A DNA stretch of 64,000 nt from an uncultured delta proteobacterium (GCA_963745035.1 CAVUVW010000025.1:1-64000); one strand, 5' to 3'; shown: positions 1 to 10,981, counted from the stretch's first letter. Translations and numbers: made by a program. The notes: generated by a model from the letters alone, not told the origin.

Positions 1-509
1 GCAGCCGGCACATCTTGGCCGCGTTGTGGGCTATCGGTGTTGAGGCCCACCTCATCGAGAGTTACGTCGGCGACGCTCCGCGGATTGTCCCTGACAAAGA
101 CCTGCCTACGCGGATCACGGAATTTCCGCGCGATTAGATCGCTGGCATGGATCAGCCGCTCGATGGCAATTTTGGTGAGGATCAGGTTGGCATTGTCCGT
201 GTCGAGTCACTTCGAGACGTTGACGCTTCTCCAAGAACAACGCCCGGGCGTCGGTGTTGAGGTCCTAAGCGGCATGCGCCCAATCGCCCGGCGAAAGTTG
301 GTCGGGTCAGTTCTCCGATCCCGACCGCGGCCGAACCTCAGCGGTAATGTCATGGAGATCGACCAGAATACGATCCGCATCGAAAGGTACGCGCTCTTCA
401 TCTGCGGCGGCGGGGAATCGCACGCGTCAAGTGAATGGGCTCAGGCTGCGCCGACTCCCGAATTGGGAGGTCTGGTGCGACAAAACGAGAGATAGGTCGG
501 CAGATAGTC

Positions 510-1280
510 ATGAAGCAGCAGGCTATCAACACCGAACCCGTGGTCTTCGTGGTGGACGACGACATCGATGTCCCGCGAGGGCTTGAGGTCGGTGATAGGG
601 TCGGTCGGGCTCCGGTGCGAGGTCTTCGCCTCACCTCGGAAATTCCTGGAGGCGCAAGGCTACCGACACGGTGAGTTGCCTGATGCTCGATGTGCGCCTG
701 CCGGAAATGAGCGGGCTCGACTTTCAGGCCAGCTTACCGGCGCACATGCCGATATTCCGATTATTTTCGTCATCGCTCCATGGCGATATTCCCATGAGCG
801 TCAGGGCGATGAAGGCGGGCGCTGTCGAATTCCTCACCAAGCCGGTGCCGAGCAGACCCTGCTCGATGCCGTGTGCGTCGCCCTCGAACGTGATCGGGTG
901 CGACGGGAACAGGCCGGGAAAGTGCGCGCCCTTCAGGCCCGTTTCGACTTGCTGAGCCCACGCGAGTGCGAGGTCCTGTCCCTGGTCATCACCGGCCCGC
1001 TGAACAAGCAGATCGCCGCCGAAATGAAGTTGAGCGAGGTAACCGTGAAGGTTCACCCCGTGCCAGTTTGATGAAGAAATTGGGCGCGAAGTCGGTTGCT
1101 GAACTGACCAAGATGGCCAACGTTGTCGGAGTTGTTCCGCGCGGCATCAAGCGTAGATCGCTACAGTCAGGCGCCCTTCGGGCAACAACGAGCGCTCTGC
1201 TGGACCATCAGCTCGCGCGGGAGCGATCGCACGCCTGCCTAAACTCTGGGGGTCAATGTCGGTTTAAGCGGCATCGGTAG
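510..1280 (+). pseudogene. FixJ/NodW-family response regulator (REC + LuxR HTH), multiply frameshifted
   Basis: Pieces in successive frames: VFVVDDD, CLMLDVRLPEMSGLDFQ, HGDIPMSVRAMKAGAVEFLTKP, LSPRECEVLSLVITGPLNKQIAAEMKLSEVTVKVH, MKKLGAKSVAEL. At least 4 frameshifts (decay or read errors). Confidence 0.8.
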
Positions 1281-1623
1281 AAGGTTCAAAATGACAATTG
1301 ATTCCCGGAGCTTGCGTTGCGCACGATTCCTTCTCGATGAGCGGGGCAGACGAAACAGATAATGAGAAATTCGAAAGATTTCTTCGTTTGGCTCAGAATG
1401 ACAGTTTACTTTGCCTTTCGCGCAAGGTTCCCTAGTACCGTGCGACTGTTCCCGTGCTGAGGATGTAGCTCCGCCAGCTAAGGCCACAGCCTTTCAAAAA
1501 GGCGCCGGCTCACCCTACCATTTACCCCGCTTCCCCCAGCCACCCAGTGAACCAATCAAACGCCGGTGCCTTAAGAACTCATGCGCGAAACTAAAATCGA
1601 AATCCTGTTATCAAGGAAAAATC

Positions 1624-2166
1624 TTAATGGCTTTCCCTTCCACCTTCATGGCCATGGGCCGTATGCGGAACCCATGCGCTTGAAACTAAGTGAGCGGGAA
1701 GCTCCACTTTGATGTCGCGACTTAGTAAGCTCATCAGCACCTTGACACGGCCTGCGGCGTTAGGCTCTTCCAGAAGCAGGCCGATGAATCCGTCAAAGGA
1801 TCCGCCGCGTACACGAACCTCTTGACCGACCTTCAAGTCGGAGCGAGCCGTAATAATTCCTTCGGAATTTGCCTGCCGCATGAGATACTCCGCGACACCA
1901 TCGTCCAGTGGTATGGGAGTATCATTGAAACTCACAAAACGCTTTACCCCTGGAGACCAAAGGACGTGGTAATACTGGGTCGAAAGATCAATGTGAACAA
2001 AAAAGTAATTGGGAAAAAGCGGAACGATGCGTTTACGTTTTCGTGAGAACTTAGGCAGCAATATGCGCGGAAAAAAATTCTCGACCGCTCTTAGCCCAAG
2101 ATGGAGTTGAGCAAATGTTTCCTTCTGCGGCTTGCAGTACACAACGTACCAGGCTGAAATCGCCAT
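1624..2166 (-). CDS. RfaH/UpxY-like NusG-paralog transcription antiterminator (NGN + KOW)
   Basis: WYVVYCKPQKE N-terminus, PLFPNYFFV, SPGVKRFVSF, KOW motif GQEVRVRGGSFDGFIG...RVKVLMSLL. Confidence 0.9.
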   Translation of the reverse strand: MAISAWYVVYCKPQKETFAQLHLGLRAVENFFPRILLPKFSRKRKRIVPLFPNYFFVHIDLSTQYYHVLWSPGVKRFVSFNDTPIPLDDGVAEYLMRQANSEGIITARSDLKVGQEVRVRGGSFDGFIGLLLEEPNAAGRVKVLMSLLSRDIKVELPAHLVSSAWVPHTAHGHEGGRESH

Positions 2167-2211
2167 TCGTCAATTCGGATTTGCTTCAGGGAATTATGAG
2201 CGCAATGCTTG

Positions 2212-2227
2212 AGCAATCGAAATGCCA
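2212..2227 (-). promoter_or_regulatory. Putative sigma54 -24/-12 promoter of the RfaH-like gene
   Basis: Minus strand reads TGGCATTTCGATTGCT, matching TGGCAC-N5-TTGCW with exact GG/GC spacing, 45 bp upstream of the ATG at 2166. Confidence 0.6.
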
Positions 2228-2833
2228 CGGGGAAAAACGCTATAAGTTCATCAAAAACCGTGACATATAGGGTGAGACACGTTGAAAGTCTTGCGGCAAA
2301 TCGGACGAGGATGTCTTCCGCGGCCCGTTAAAATTTGAACAAGTGCTGAACTACACACGAAACCTTTGAGCTCTCGGTTGTTTCGGACATTTCGGTCTGA
2401 TCGGAAACAGTTTTCCGAGTGAGTCGGACGACGTTAGGATCATGCGCACGAATTGGGGACCGAAGCACTGGTTACAGCTCTGCATCATGTGACGAAAACT
2501 CGGTTGCCGCCATAAGTTCATCAGTATCTGATAAACCTATGGAAGCTGTGGAAGGGGAGCCAAGAGTACGACAGACAGGACGTCTATCGACCCGCTAGCT
2601 CGATGATTCCGTCTCAACGGCAACAATACGCGACTTGCTTTCAGTCCTCGGGACGCGTCCGATACAATTCCTAAGTAAACCTTTGCGGGCTTTGCAAGGC
2701 TTATCACGAATAGCCCGAGCCACTGGCTACGAACGAATCATCGCACGCTGAATTATGTCTTCGCTAATTCATCCTGCTGAGGACTCTTTGCTGATACGAT
2801 TTCCTGGCTTAAACAGACTTCACGCGGCAAACG

Positions 2834-3370
2834 ATGCATGATCCATGTCCTCAGACCCGGGAAGCCCACCTTGGCCCTACCTGTTCTGCGGTAGATCCGC
2901 GCAGACCAAGGGTAAGAAGATTTAAAGCCGGCGGCGGTTGTTCGAGAAATCAGCGAGCCACCCCGTTCAAGGCGTACATGGAGAAAAATCCCGGGTACGC
3001 CGCATATGAAAGCGTGGAAAGCATTAAAGCAGCAAGGCTATCCTGGCGGCGTGAAACTCACGACCAAGGAACTGAAGGATTATTTCGCAACCCAGGTATC
3101 AGCACAGGTGACGGACCCGAACACAGTCAAGGAATCGATGCGCACACAAGCCTGACCACAACTTCGCGATACGTTCGCACCGTTACGGAACGCATGAAAC
3201 AAGCCGTGCAAAATCTCGGGGCAAATCCTGGAGGCAAGTTTGGAGGCAACTCTGGAGGCAATTCGCCGCGCAAAAATACCCAAGCGTATGTTGACCAAAC
3301 AGGCTGCAAAACGGCTAATTGCGCAGAAATAGCAAGGAGAAAGCATGGTGGTGGCAGTGGGACAGTGTAA
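2834..3370 (+). pseudogene. Tyrosine recombinase/integrase C-terminal remnant
   Basis: Across a frameshift near 3142 it reads KELKDYFATQVSAQVTDPNTVKESMR/HTSLTTTSRYVRTVTERMKQAVQNL, resembling the HxxR...H...T.RY catalytic boxes; N-terminal part absent. Confidence 0.65.
3345..3362 (+). repeat. Degenerate direct repeat of the tRNA-Val 3' end (att-like)
   Basis: ATGGTGGTGGCAGTGGGA versus ATGGTGGTCGCAGTAGGA at 8903-8920: 16/18 identical, located at the integrase C-terminus. Confidence 0.5.
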
Positions 3371-4110
3371 AGAACCGCTTTTAGAAGTGTCTTTTTCGTT
3401 GGTCTGAAGCGGCGGGGGAATCGAATACAACCCGTAAGCTAGTAATTGTGTGCCGATTTTCATCTATGATTTTGATGATGGCCCTTGCCCGTGTCAGTGC
3501 TCCGAACCGACCACGCCGCCTGAAGAGCGCCCGGATGAATGTTCCCGCCCAATACTCTTTCTGGTTTTCACAACTTGGTCGACGTCGAGCCTGATGCGGA
3601 CAGCCCGCTCGCGTATCGCTGGAGCTTTTGTCTTTGTACTCAGGAGCAAACCAAATGATAATCTTTACTGGGGGCAGGAATCACAGGTCGAGTTTCCGCT
3701 CACCATATCTAGCTCCAACGCCCCGACCAAGGGACAATCATCCGTTCCTGATCCAGACCCGCGACGCTCTTTTGCTCCAAAACGTAAACAGCAGCACGCG
3801 CGCATTGCTTAATGCCTTATAACGGTCATTGCCTGCGCTGTAGTTACCGTATGGCTTGGATTGTTATCAGAGGCAAAGGATCATCGAGCGACAACATCCG
3901 CAAGGCAAGTCATACCTAGAGAGCACCCCCATCCGACAGCCCGCGCAACAACCTTTTTCCTGCTACCCAACCGGGAGGCGGGTTGAACTGTCAATTGAAT
4001 GTCACCAAGTGTCAAGAAAAGCAGCGTTTGAGGGATTACCTTTTCCGCATCAATTTTATTCTCCCTTCCTCGGCGTAGCCGGGCAGTGAAGGGGTGTATG
4101 GAGGAGCACA

Positions 4111-4383
4111 ATGAAAAGGCTCGCAAAAGCAAGAAACATCAAGTCAGGTGAGACAGTCCTTGACCGTGGCACGCGCTTCATTATCAAAGAGGTCTGCGTT
4201 AGCGCGGAACCCGGGCGGCTCGCGTTCATCGACATGCAGGATGTCTGGCACGGGAACTATCATCCAGATGAATATTTAGAAGTAGGGGAAGAACTCGCCC
4301 GCAAACGTGCCGTAACTTACGATTGGCAAATAGTACAAGAGGCTTACCTGTTGGCCGACATGCCTTCAGAAATGATTCATTAA
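4111..4383 (+). CDS. Hypothetical protein (90 aa)
   Basis: GGAGGAG RBS just upstream of the ATG; plausible composition; no recognised motif. Confidence 0.6.
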   Translation: MKRLAKARNIKSGETVLDRGTRFIIKEVCVSAEPGRLAFIDMQDVWHGNYHPDEYLEVGEELARKRAVTYDWQIVQEAYLLADMPSEMIH

Positions 4384-5011
4384 CCGCGGCCCCTCTCAAT
4401 GATTTATTTTCTGTCCATTCACGGCGCGATCCTTGGCTCAACTTCGAAGCGGCGCTCGACGAGAGCAGTGTGGCGTTGGTCATGCGTACTAGAACTAGCA
4501 GAATAAAACCGAATGGAAATTGACGAAAAACCAATCACATTTCACAAACATATTTGTTTTCTATGCCGGCGATCCTATGAAGAAATTGAAACCGGCGAGT
4601 GCCAGTACGGTCACGACCATCCGTGGGGGAAATGTCCTCCGTGCGAAGACAAATTTGCCGTTGGTAAACCAATCACTTTCTTATGACGGTCCGCATGTTG
4701 GTTTTAATCTTAACTTAATGATCGTCAATTTGTTCGAGCAAAGGCAAGGATGCTGGCCTTGCAGCTACTAGCTATTGCGCTCGCTTGAGCACTCTGGGTG
4801 CGTACACACCGGCCGAGAATCAAATCCAAACGACACGAGGATTTCAAATTCTCGTAGCACCTCTAACCAGCAGAGAACAAAGAGGAATTTCTTGGCTTTG
4901 CCATTACTTTGTCGGTCAGAAATCCCATCTAGAATCGAATAGAATCTCGTCTGACAGATCGAATCGCGCTATTCACAGGCAAAATAGCGCTGTCTCCGCT
5001 ATCCTGTGCTC

Positions 5012-5461
5012 ATGGCAGGCATACGCGGGAAATCCGGCCCACCAGGCAACCAGAACGCTTTCAGACACGGTCTAGCGGGGGTTGCACAACGCCGGGTAAA
5101 CGGCGCCCTCACACCAGCAGAGCAGTCCATCCGGGAAGAAATCCTTAACGGCTTAATCACCGACAAGGGCGGCGAGGCTCAGATCAGCACGGCCATGCGC
5201 GTGCTCGCCGAGGTCATCGCCAGTGACGCGGCTTGGTTGGTTGCCGTGAACCGAGCAATTGACGGCGTGATGGAATCAAACCAAAAGGCGCGGAACAATC
5301 CGAAGGCGCTGCACACGCTGGACGGGTGTAAACGCGGCGTGGTGAATAGCTTGGCTGGTAATCTTCAGCGGTTTGGGTTCGAGAAGGCGGGGAAAACCGA
5401 ATCGCTTCAGGAAATCATCGCCGAAATGGGCGATGATACGGCGGCCAACCGGAGCAGCTAA
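5012..5461 (+). CDS. Phage/satellite-type protein with GNQNAFRHG motif (small-terminase-like N-terminus)
   Basis: MAGIRGKSGPPGNQNAFRHGL followed by a helical body; GNxNAxxHG is typical of phage small-terminase-like proteins. Confidence 0.55.
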   Translation: MAGIRGKSGPPGNQNAFRHGLAGVAQRRVNGALTPAEQSIREEILNGLITDKGGEAQISTAMRVLAEVIASDAAWLVAVNRAIDGVMESNQKARNNPKALHTLDGCKRGVVNSLAGNLQRFGFEKAGKTESLQEIIAEMGDDTAANRSS

Positions 5462-5464
5462 AGC

Positions 5465-5860
5465 ATGGCTATCTCGTACATCACCACGGACCTGGAATGC
5501 GACTCAGAACGCAATCTTTCGGCGCTAGCGGCTGAGTTCGGCAACAGCATTATCATTCATCTCAACGACTGGGTTGGTGATGTCTATCGTGTGTCGGTAG
5601 GTCTTGCCGACACCGACACAACGGCAGCTGATGCCGTATCGTTTTACTGCTCATTGCTTGAGAAGCTAACGGGTGAATCGAAGGCACTCTGGGAGGGATG
5701 CACTCGACGTGTGGTGGATCTAGCCTTCGAGGGCGGAACGGAACCAGAGTCTCAGACCTTCCAGCTTCCTGAAGCGGTGCTCCGACAGGCGGCAGCATTG
5801 GGGTTGAGTATTGCCATCACGATCTATCGTGTTGGAGCGTATTCGGAATCCCAGCCGTGA
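5465..5860 (+). CDS. Hypothetical acidic protein (131 aa), possibly immunity-type
   Basis: Intact ORF 3 bp after the previous gene; ends LGLSIAITIY; function is a guess. Confidence 0.55.
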   Translation: MAISYITTDLECDSERNLSALAAEFGNSIIIHLNDWVGDVYRVSVGLADTDTTAADAVSFYCSLLEKLTGESKALWEGCTRRVVDLAFEGGTEPESQTFQLPEAVLRQAAALGLSIAITIYRVGAYSESQP

Positions 5861-6291
5861 CGACCAAGGCAGAACGTAGACAGATAGACCACGAACCGTC
5901 GCGGACACCACTAGTATTTATCTAAATAATAATTCTCTTAGTAATCCCGCTTCTTGCCGGTAACCAACCTCTGCCTCTCTCCTCCCCTATTTCATCGGTC
6001 ACACCGGTAACACAGTTGAGATTTCCGCTATCCGGATGAACTCCCGAGCGACAGGGAAGAGCACCGGTTCCGGATGCTTTGGAGAAAGCCAGCGACCGCC
6101 CCTCGCGCCATTCTGCCATACGCCGGTCTCGCCCGAGTCTCACGCAAGCCAGGCCCAGCATTCAGAACCGCGGCGGAGTTTGGCCGGATTTAAGAGTTTG
6201 ACACTATTTTTGATCTCGCGTATGGTCCAGGTCGTTTTGCCAATCGGTATACTTTACCGAGCCTGGGCGTGGGGAAAAAGGGCATCTTGTT

Positions 6292-6975
6292 ATGGTGGGT
6301 ATGAAAAAAATCACCCTTGCTGTGTTATGGGTTCTTGCATCGCCCGTTATCATAGCCGCTGGCGACGATTTCAGGAATCGAGAACGAGAGGTCAGGAATT
6401 TTGAGGAGAACGATCGCCGAAATCCGCCCAAACCAGGCGCGATTTTATTTACCGGTAGCTCCTCGATCGTACGTTGGAAGAGCTTGGCTGTGGATTTCGA
6501 GCCACATTATGTACTAAGTCGAGGTTTTAACGGAGGCGGAATCGCTGATCTAACGTATTTTTCTAGGCGTATTATCGTCCCGTACCAGCCCAAGATGATC
6601 GTAGTCTATGCTGGTGAAAATGATCTGGTACTCGGTAGGTCTCCGGAGAGAGTACTTACCGATTTTGACTTATTTATGAAAAAGCTCCGAATGGAAGTTC
6701 CGGATGTCACAACGGCTTTTATTTCGATCAAGCCCAGTCCGGATCGGAGTGAGCTTTTAGATCGGATAAGGACTTCAAACAAATTAATTGAGCAATACAC
6801 AACCGAGCACAAACGTATTAAATACATTGACGTTTTCACACCAATGATGAATAAGACGGGAGCGATTCGGAAAGAGCTGTTCGATACGGACGGCGTGCAC
6901 ATGAATAAAACCGGGTATCAAGTCTGGAGATCCATAATTGCTGTTCATTTGAACAACTCCGAGCTTCAATTTTAA
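6292..6975 (+). CDS. Secreted SGNH/GDSL hydrolase (lipase/acylhydrolase)
   Basis: Signal peptide; blocks ILFTGSSSI, RGFNGG, YAGENDL, DGVHMN (DxxH). Confidence 0.9.
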   Translation: MVGMKKITLAVLWVLASPVIIAAGDDFRNREREVRNFEENDRRNPPKPGAILFTGSSSIVRWKSLAVDFEPHYVLSRGFNGGGIADLTYFSRRIIVPYQPKMIVVYAGENDLVLGRSPERVLTDFDLFMKKLRMEVPDVTTAFISIKPSPDRSELLDRIRTSNKLIEQYTTEHKRIKYIDVFTPMMNKTGAIRKELFDTDGVHMNKTGYQVWRSIIAVHLNNSELQF

Positions 6976-7579
6976 TCTATTTGTGGAAAACATTTGCCCG
7001 TGATGATCTCCAACGCTGGGGAAGGTCTCAAGCTGCTGGGCCTCAAGCGAGTCAGTAAGCCGGTGAGCATATCCGACCTGCTCAACGGCGCCAGCGATCA
7101 GCCGGAAAGCGACACCAGCCAATGATCGCGTTAATGCATCCGGCGCGCAATTGGGGTGGGGGCTGTAGGGAACGTCGAAATGTGGCAAAACGGAGGCCTT
7201 TCCAAGTAGATCAGATCAAAGCGCGTGCAGGGGAAAAAGCATTACGCTATGAAAATGAGCGTCGCAGCAGGGACCAAAGAAGATGAAGCAGTCCCCGTCC
7301 CCACACGCCTTTCGGCATTACCCAATAGCGGGAGTAGCAGGCACGGCAGACTGAGATTGAGAGATTGAAGGCTGAGCTCGAAAAGATGCCGCCGGAGTGG
7401 AACTATTTCAGGCGTCCGCGCGATCCCCACGCTGCCTGACCTGAAAGTTATTCGTCCTTAATAAATCCGATCTCGTGAGGCGGCGTAATTCGCAAGCTTC
7501 CTGTGGATCTTTTACGCACTTGCTGAGTTGCGTGGAGCTATCCCTTGACGAGCTATACCCGTGTTGATAAAGCCGGGGC

Positions 7580-8026
7580 ATGTGGAAGCGCGTCGCCATC
7601 CTGCTGGGCATTTACATAATTTTCCGAGAGCTTCCCTTTCCTCGACGAGCAGATGGGTTCGATTACGAGCTGATGCTTGCTGAATGCCGTAAACGAGGTT
7701 GGGAGAGCTGCGACGAGCTCAAAGAGACCTTAGACTGCTCAAGGCGATTAATAGAAGAAATTCCCAACCCTGATGAGTTGAAGCGATTGCGAGAAAAGGA
7801 AGTTGAGAAACTGCTTCAAGAGAATCCAGAATTAACGAGGAGAAAACTCGAAGAAGCAGATACACACCTAGCGAGAGCGGAAAAAGACGGGTTCGAGCCA
7901 GAAAAACTTGTCGCGGAGCGCATGTTTCATATAGGACCCGACCTGACCCAAGTGCTTTTAGAAGTCTGGCTAAGGGAAAGAAAAGTCCATTTAGAGCTTC
8001 TAAGGAGTAAACTACAGGGCGTTTAA
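7580..8026 (+). CDS. Hypothetical protein with N-terminal hydrophobic anchor and charged helical body
   Basis: 148 aa ORF with an N-terminal TM/signal segment and Glu/Lys/Arg-rich helices. Confidence 0.5.
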   Translation: MWKRVAILLGIYIIFRELPFPRRADGFDYELMLAECRKRGWESCDELKETLDCSRRLIEEIPNPDELKRLREKEVEKLLQENPELTRRKLEEADTHLARAEKDGFEPEKLVAERMFHIGPDLTQVLLEVWLRERKVHLELLRSKLQGV

Positions 8027-8153
8027 TGCCGTATTTCGTAGGTGGTTTGGTTATCATCGCCGTCCTGTTGCACTTGACCCCATTCGACGTGTTGATAAAT
8101 CGGCGACGTAATGCTGGGGCGACTCCTGCTGCTCATGTTTCTGTTTCTGCTGA

Positions 8154-8918
8154 TTGCGCGGGAGCTGTTACCTCGAACGTAGAGAAAATCAGTTCCCCAA
8201 ATTTCACGCCTTTTTTCCTTGGGTCCATGCTTACATTTGCGTCACGCGAGCTTCGCAGCATTACGTAGCGATAAAGCCGCTCTCAGCGTCCTGCGGGAAT
8301 AGCGAGGTCGTAGCGAAGAAATGGCTACATACGATCTTTTCATCTATCGTCGCAAAGATAGTCCGAAGGTCTTCTCCCTCGTACATGTACTCGCGCCTTT
8401 TATTTAACGCGACTTCTGCGCTCAATTTGGAATCGTGCGACGAGTTGCGACTACGTGCTTTTGGGGACGCCGAAACCAAGCGTGAGCCGACTACCGAGGA
8501 AAGCGCCATACGCGCCGCCATTGCCGAGGCCGACGCCAAACTACGGCGCTGGGAAGAAGCACTCGAGCGTGGCCTGTTGTCTTTGGAGGACGCCGCCGAA
8601 AGAATCAAGGCGGTACGCCAGGAGAGGGCTGATCTCTTGAAAACTCAATCCCGGCTGGAGCAGCGCGCCCGCGCCCGAACCGACATCCGGCCCATCCCTA
8701 CCCCTCTGATGGACTCCTACATCAAAGAAGTCCAGAAGCGGTTACGCGAAAAAGCAATCTTCGCGAAAAGGGAATTTCTGACTGAGATCGTCAAGGAGAT
8801 ACGTGTTCGTGATAAGCAGGTTACCGTAACGTACCGGCTACCGTGGACGCCCCAAGTATTGGCCCAAATAGACCGAACGGGGCGGTTCTTTACAGTGTCT
8901 AAATGGTGGTCGCAGTAG
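8154..8918 (+). pseudogene. Large serine recombinase C-terminal (coiled-coil) remnant overlapping the tRNA att site
   Basis: From about 8480: AIAEADAKLRRWEEALERGLLSLEDAAERIKAVRQER...KREFLTEIVKEIRVRDKQVTVTYRLP; ORF ends KWWSQ* inside the tRNA 3' end; catalytic domain not visible. Confidence 0.7.
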
Positions 8919-8980
8919 GAATCGAACCTACGACCTCGCGCATGTGAGGCGCGCGCTCTAACCATCTGAGCTATGCGACC
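8904..8980 (-). tRNA. tRNA-Val(CAC)
   Basis: GGTCGCA TA GCTC-AGATGGTTA-GAGC G CGCGC-CT CAC AT-GCGCG AGGTC GTAGG-TTCGATT-CCTAC TGCGACC A CCA: full cloverleaf with encoded CCA. Confidence 0.97.
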
Positions 8981-9041
8981 ACGAAAGGCTTTTCTAGCAT
9001 CTTGGATGACGAGCTTCAAGAATTAGGCGGGACCTACGCGG

Positions 9042-9951
9042 CTACTTGCCGGTTACCGCACGATAGGCCGCCTCGACATTGTTCGGAAAGCGGTCCTTGC
9101 CTTGCCAATCGTCGGCTTCGGGCATGCGCACGTCCTTTTTGATTTCGTCGAGCGACTTGCCCTGTTTCACCATCGCGCCCACGCGCTCGACCAACAGAGT
9201 GTAGTACTTTTCCATGTCTTCGAGGATTTTCACGGTGCCGGGCGCGCCGTGACCGGGTACCACGATCTCTGGATTGAGCGTGCGCATCATCTTGATTGCG
9301 GCCAACGTGTCGGTGATCTTTACGGACGGGCGCAAATTGCTGAAGCGCTTGACTCCCACCGACGCCGCCGCAAAAACGATTCGTTCTTTTGGCATCCAGA
9401 TCGCCGTATCCGCCTCGCTGTGAACGCTTTTTAAAAAGCGCATCTCGAACGCCCTATCGCCCATCTGGAGGGTCATCCTGTCGCGAAACTCGATGTGCGG
9501 CGTGATGGCACGAAAATTTTTCATCTCTTTAAGGTCGGGGTATTCGGCGATGATCTTACGCACCCGCTCCGGATTGAGCCCTTCCTTCATTGCCTCCGTA
9601 GCTCCGGCGTGAGCCACGATCAGAGCCGGCGGCGAGAACATCCAGTGGCCGGTGGTGTGGTCGGCGTGGGGCTCGGTATTAATGAGGTAACGAACCGGTT
9701 GAGTGGTGAGCTTCTTGAGCGCACTCGCGAGCGCGACGGAATCCGACGGGCGATGGCCGCTATCGATCAGCACCACGCCCTCGGAAGTTAGAATGATGGT
9801 CGCGTTGGAGTCGGCGGGACTTTGCGCATAGACGAAGATGCCTTCCTTTAGCTTTTTGAAATGCGGACCCAGTTCCTGTGCCGGAGCCGGTGCGGTGAAC
9901 GATTGAAGCAAACACCCCTATGACCACTGCGCAGGTCACTCCGAGTTTCAT
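9042..9951 (-). CDS. Secreted MBL-fold metallohydrolase (cyclase-like); frameshift near 9905 in the signal peptide
   Basis: VVLIDSG, INTEPHADHTTGH, HSEADT, VVPGHG; the MKLGVTCAVV start lies in a different frame. Confidence 0.85.
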
Positions 9952-9997
9952 CGCGCCTTCCTGTCGATATCGATCGCGGTTGAATACGCCGCACGGC

Positions 9998-10912
9998 TCA
10001 CTTGCCGGTGACGACTTTGTACGCCGCCTCTACGTTGGTCGGAAACCGCTCTTTGGTTGCCCAGTGGTCGTATTCGGGCATGCGGACTTCTTTCTTTATT
10101 TGTTCCAGCGATTTTCCTTCTTTTGCCAATTTGCCAACGCGCTCGACGAGCAAGGCATAGTATTTCTCCGTGTCATCGAAAATCTTTGTCGTGCCCGGCT
10201 GACCATGCCCGGGGACAACGACTTCGGGCTTCAATGCTTTCATCATCTTCGACGCGGCCAAGATATCCGGGATCGTCACGAACGGGCGGAGAATATTGAA
10301 CTGGTCGACGACGATGCCTGAAGCCGAAAACAGCACCCGCTCCGCCGGCAGCCACACTGCGGTGTCGGCCTCGCTATGGACACCCTTCAGATACAATAGC
10401 TCGAAGGTGCGCTCGCCCAGTTTCAACGTCATTTTCTCGCGATACTCAACCTGCGGCGTGACGAATCGATATCCCTCCACTGCTTTACGCATCGCAGGCG
10501 AGGCGCCCGCAAGTTTTTCGATGCGGCCCGGTGTTTCTTTCTCGCGGTTGATCATGGATTGCGTCGCGCCGTCGTGCGCGATGATCACCGCCGGTGGTGA
10601 GAATACGAAATGGCCGGTGGTATGGTCCGGATGCGGCTCGGTGTCGATGAGAAAGCGAATCGGCAGCGAGGTGATCTTCTTCACGGCATCGAAGATTAAG
10701 CGCGAGTCGGTCGGACTGTGACCGCTGTCGATCAGCACCACCCCCTCTTGCGTCACGACGATGCCGCAATTGGAGTTGAAGTTGCTGCCGACGTAAACAT
10801 AGATGCCGTCTTTGATCTTTCTGATATTGGCCGGCAGGTCCTGCGCGTAAGCCGCGCAGGTGAACGAAATGGCGAGGAAGGCGGCGACAGAAAACGCGAG
10901 CTTCGGCCTCAT
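9998..10912 (-). CDS. Secreted MBL-fold metallohydrolase, tandem paralog
   Basis: Signal peptide ending AYA, IDTEPHPDHTTGH, HSEADT, VVPGHG; GAGGAG RBS. Confidence 0.9.
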   Translation of the reverse strand: MRPKLAFSVAAFLAISFTCAAYAQDLPANIRKIKDGIYVYVGSNFNSNCGIVVTQEGVVLIDSGHSPTDSRLIFDAVKKITSLPIRFLIDTEPHPDHTTGHFVFSPPAVIIAHDGATQSMINREKETPGRIEKLAGASPAMRKAVEGYRFVTPQVEYREKMTLKLGERTFELLYLKGVHSEADTAVWLPAERVLFSASGIVVDQFNILRPFVTIPDILAASKMMKALKPEVVVPGHGQPGTTKIFDDTEKYYALLVERVGKLAKEGKSLEQIKKEVRMPEYDHWATKERFPTNVEAAYKVVTGK

Positions 10913-10981
10913 AACGGGCTCCTCCTCTCGGGCGAGAATAGGCGCCGACGCTACTAGGAAAACCAAGCGACTGTCAATCGG

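Larger units (their letters stand above)
1..8903. mobile_element. Decayed genomic island(s) integrated at the tRNA-Val 3' end; left end lies outside the window
   Basis: Lower GC and lower coding density than the flanking DNA, recombinase remnants at 2834-3370 and 8154-8918, ends at the tRNA CCA end, and a degenerate copy of the tRNA 3' end at 3345-3362. Confidence 0.75.

Noticed and set aside
403-428. GCGGCGGCGGGGAATCGCACGCGTC as a tmRNA-derived att site
   Set aside because: Short, GC-rich, gapped match in an error-prone region; cannot be distinguished from chance
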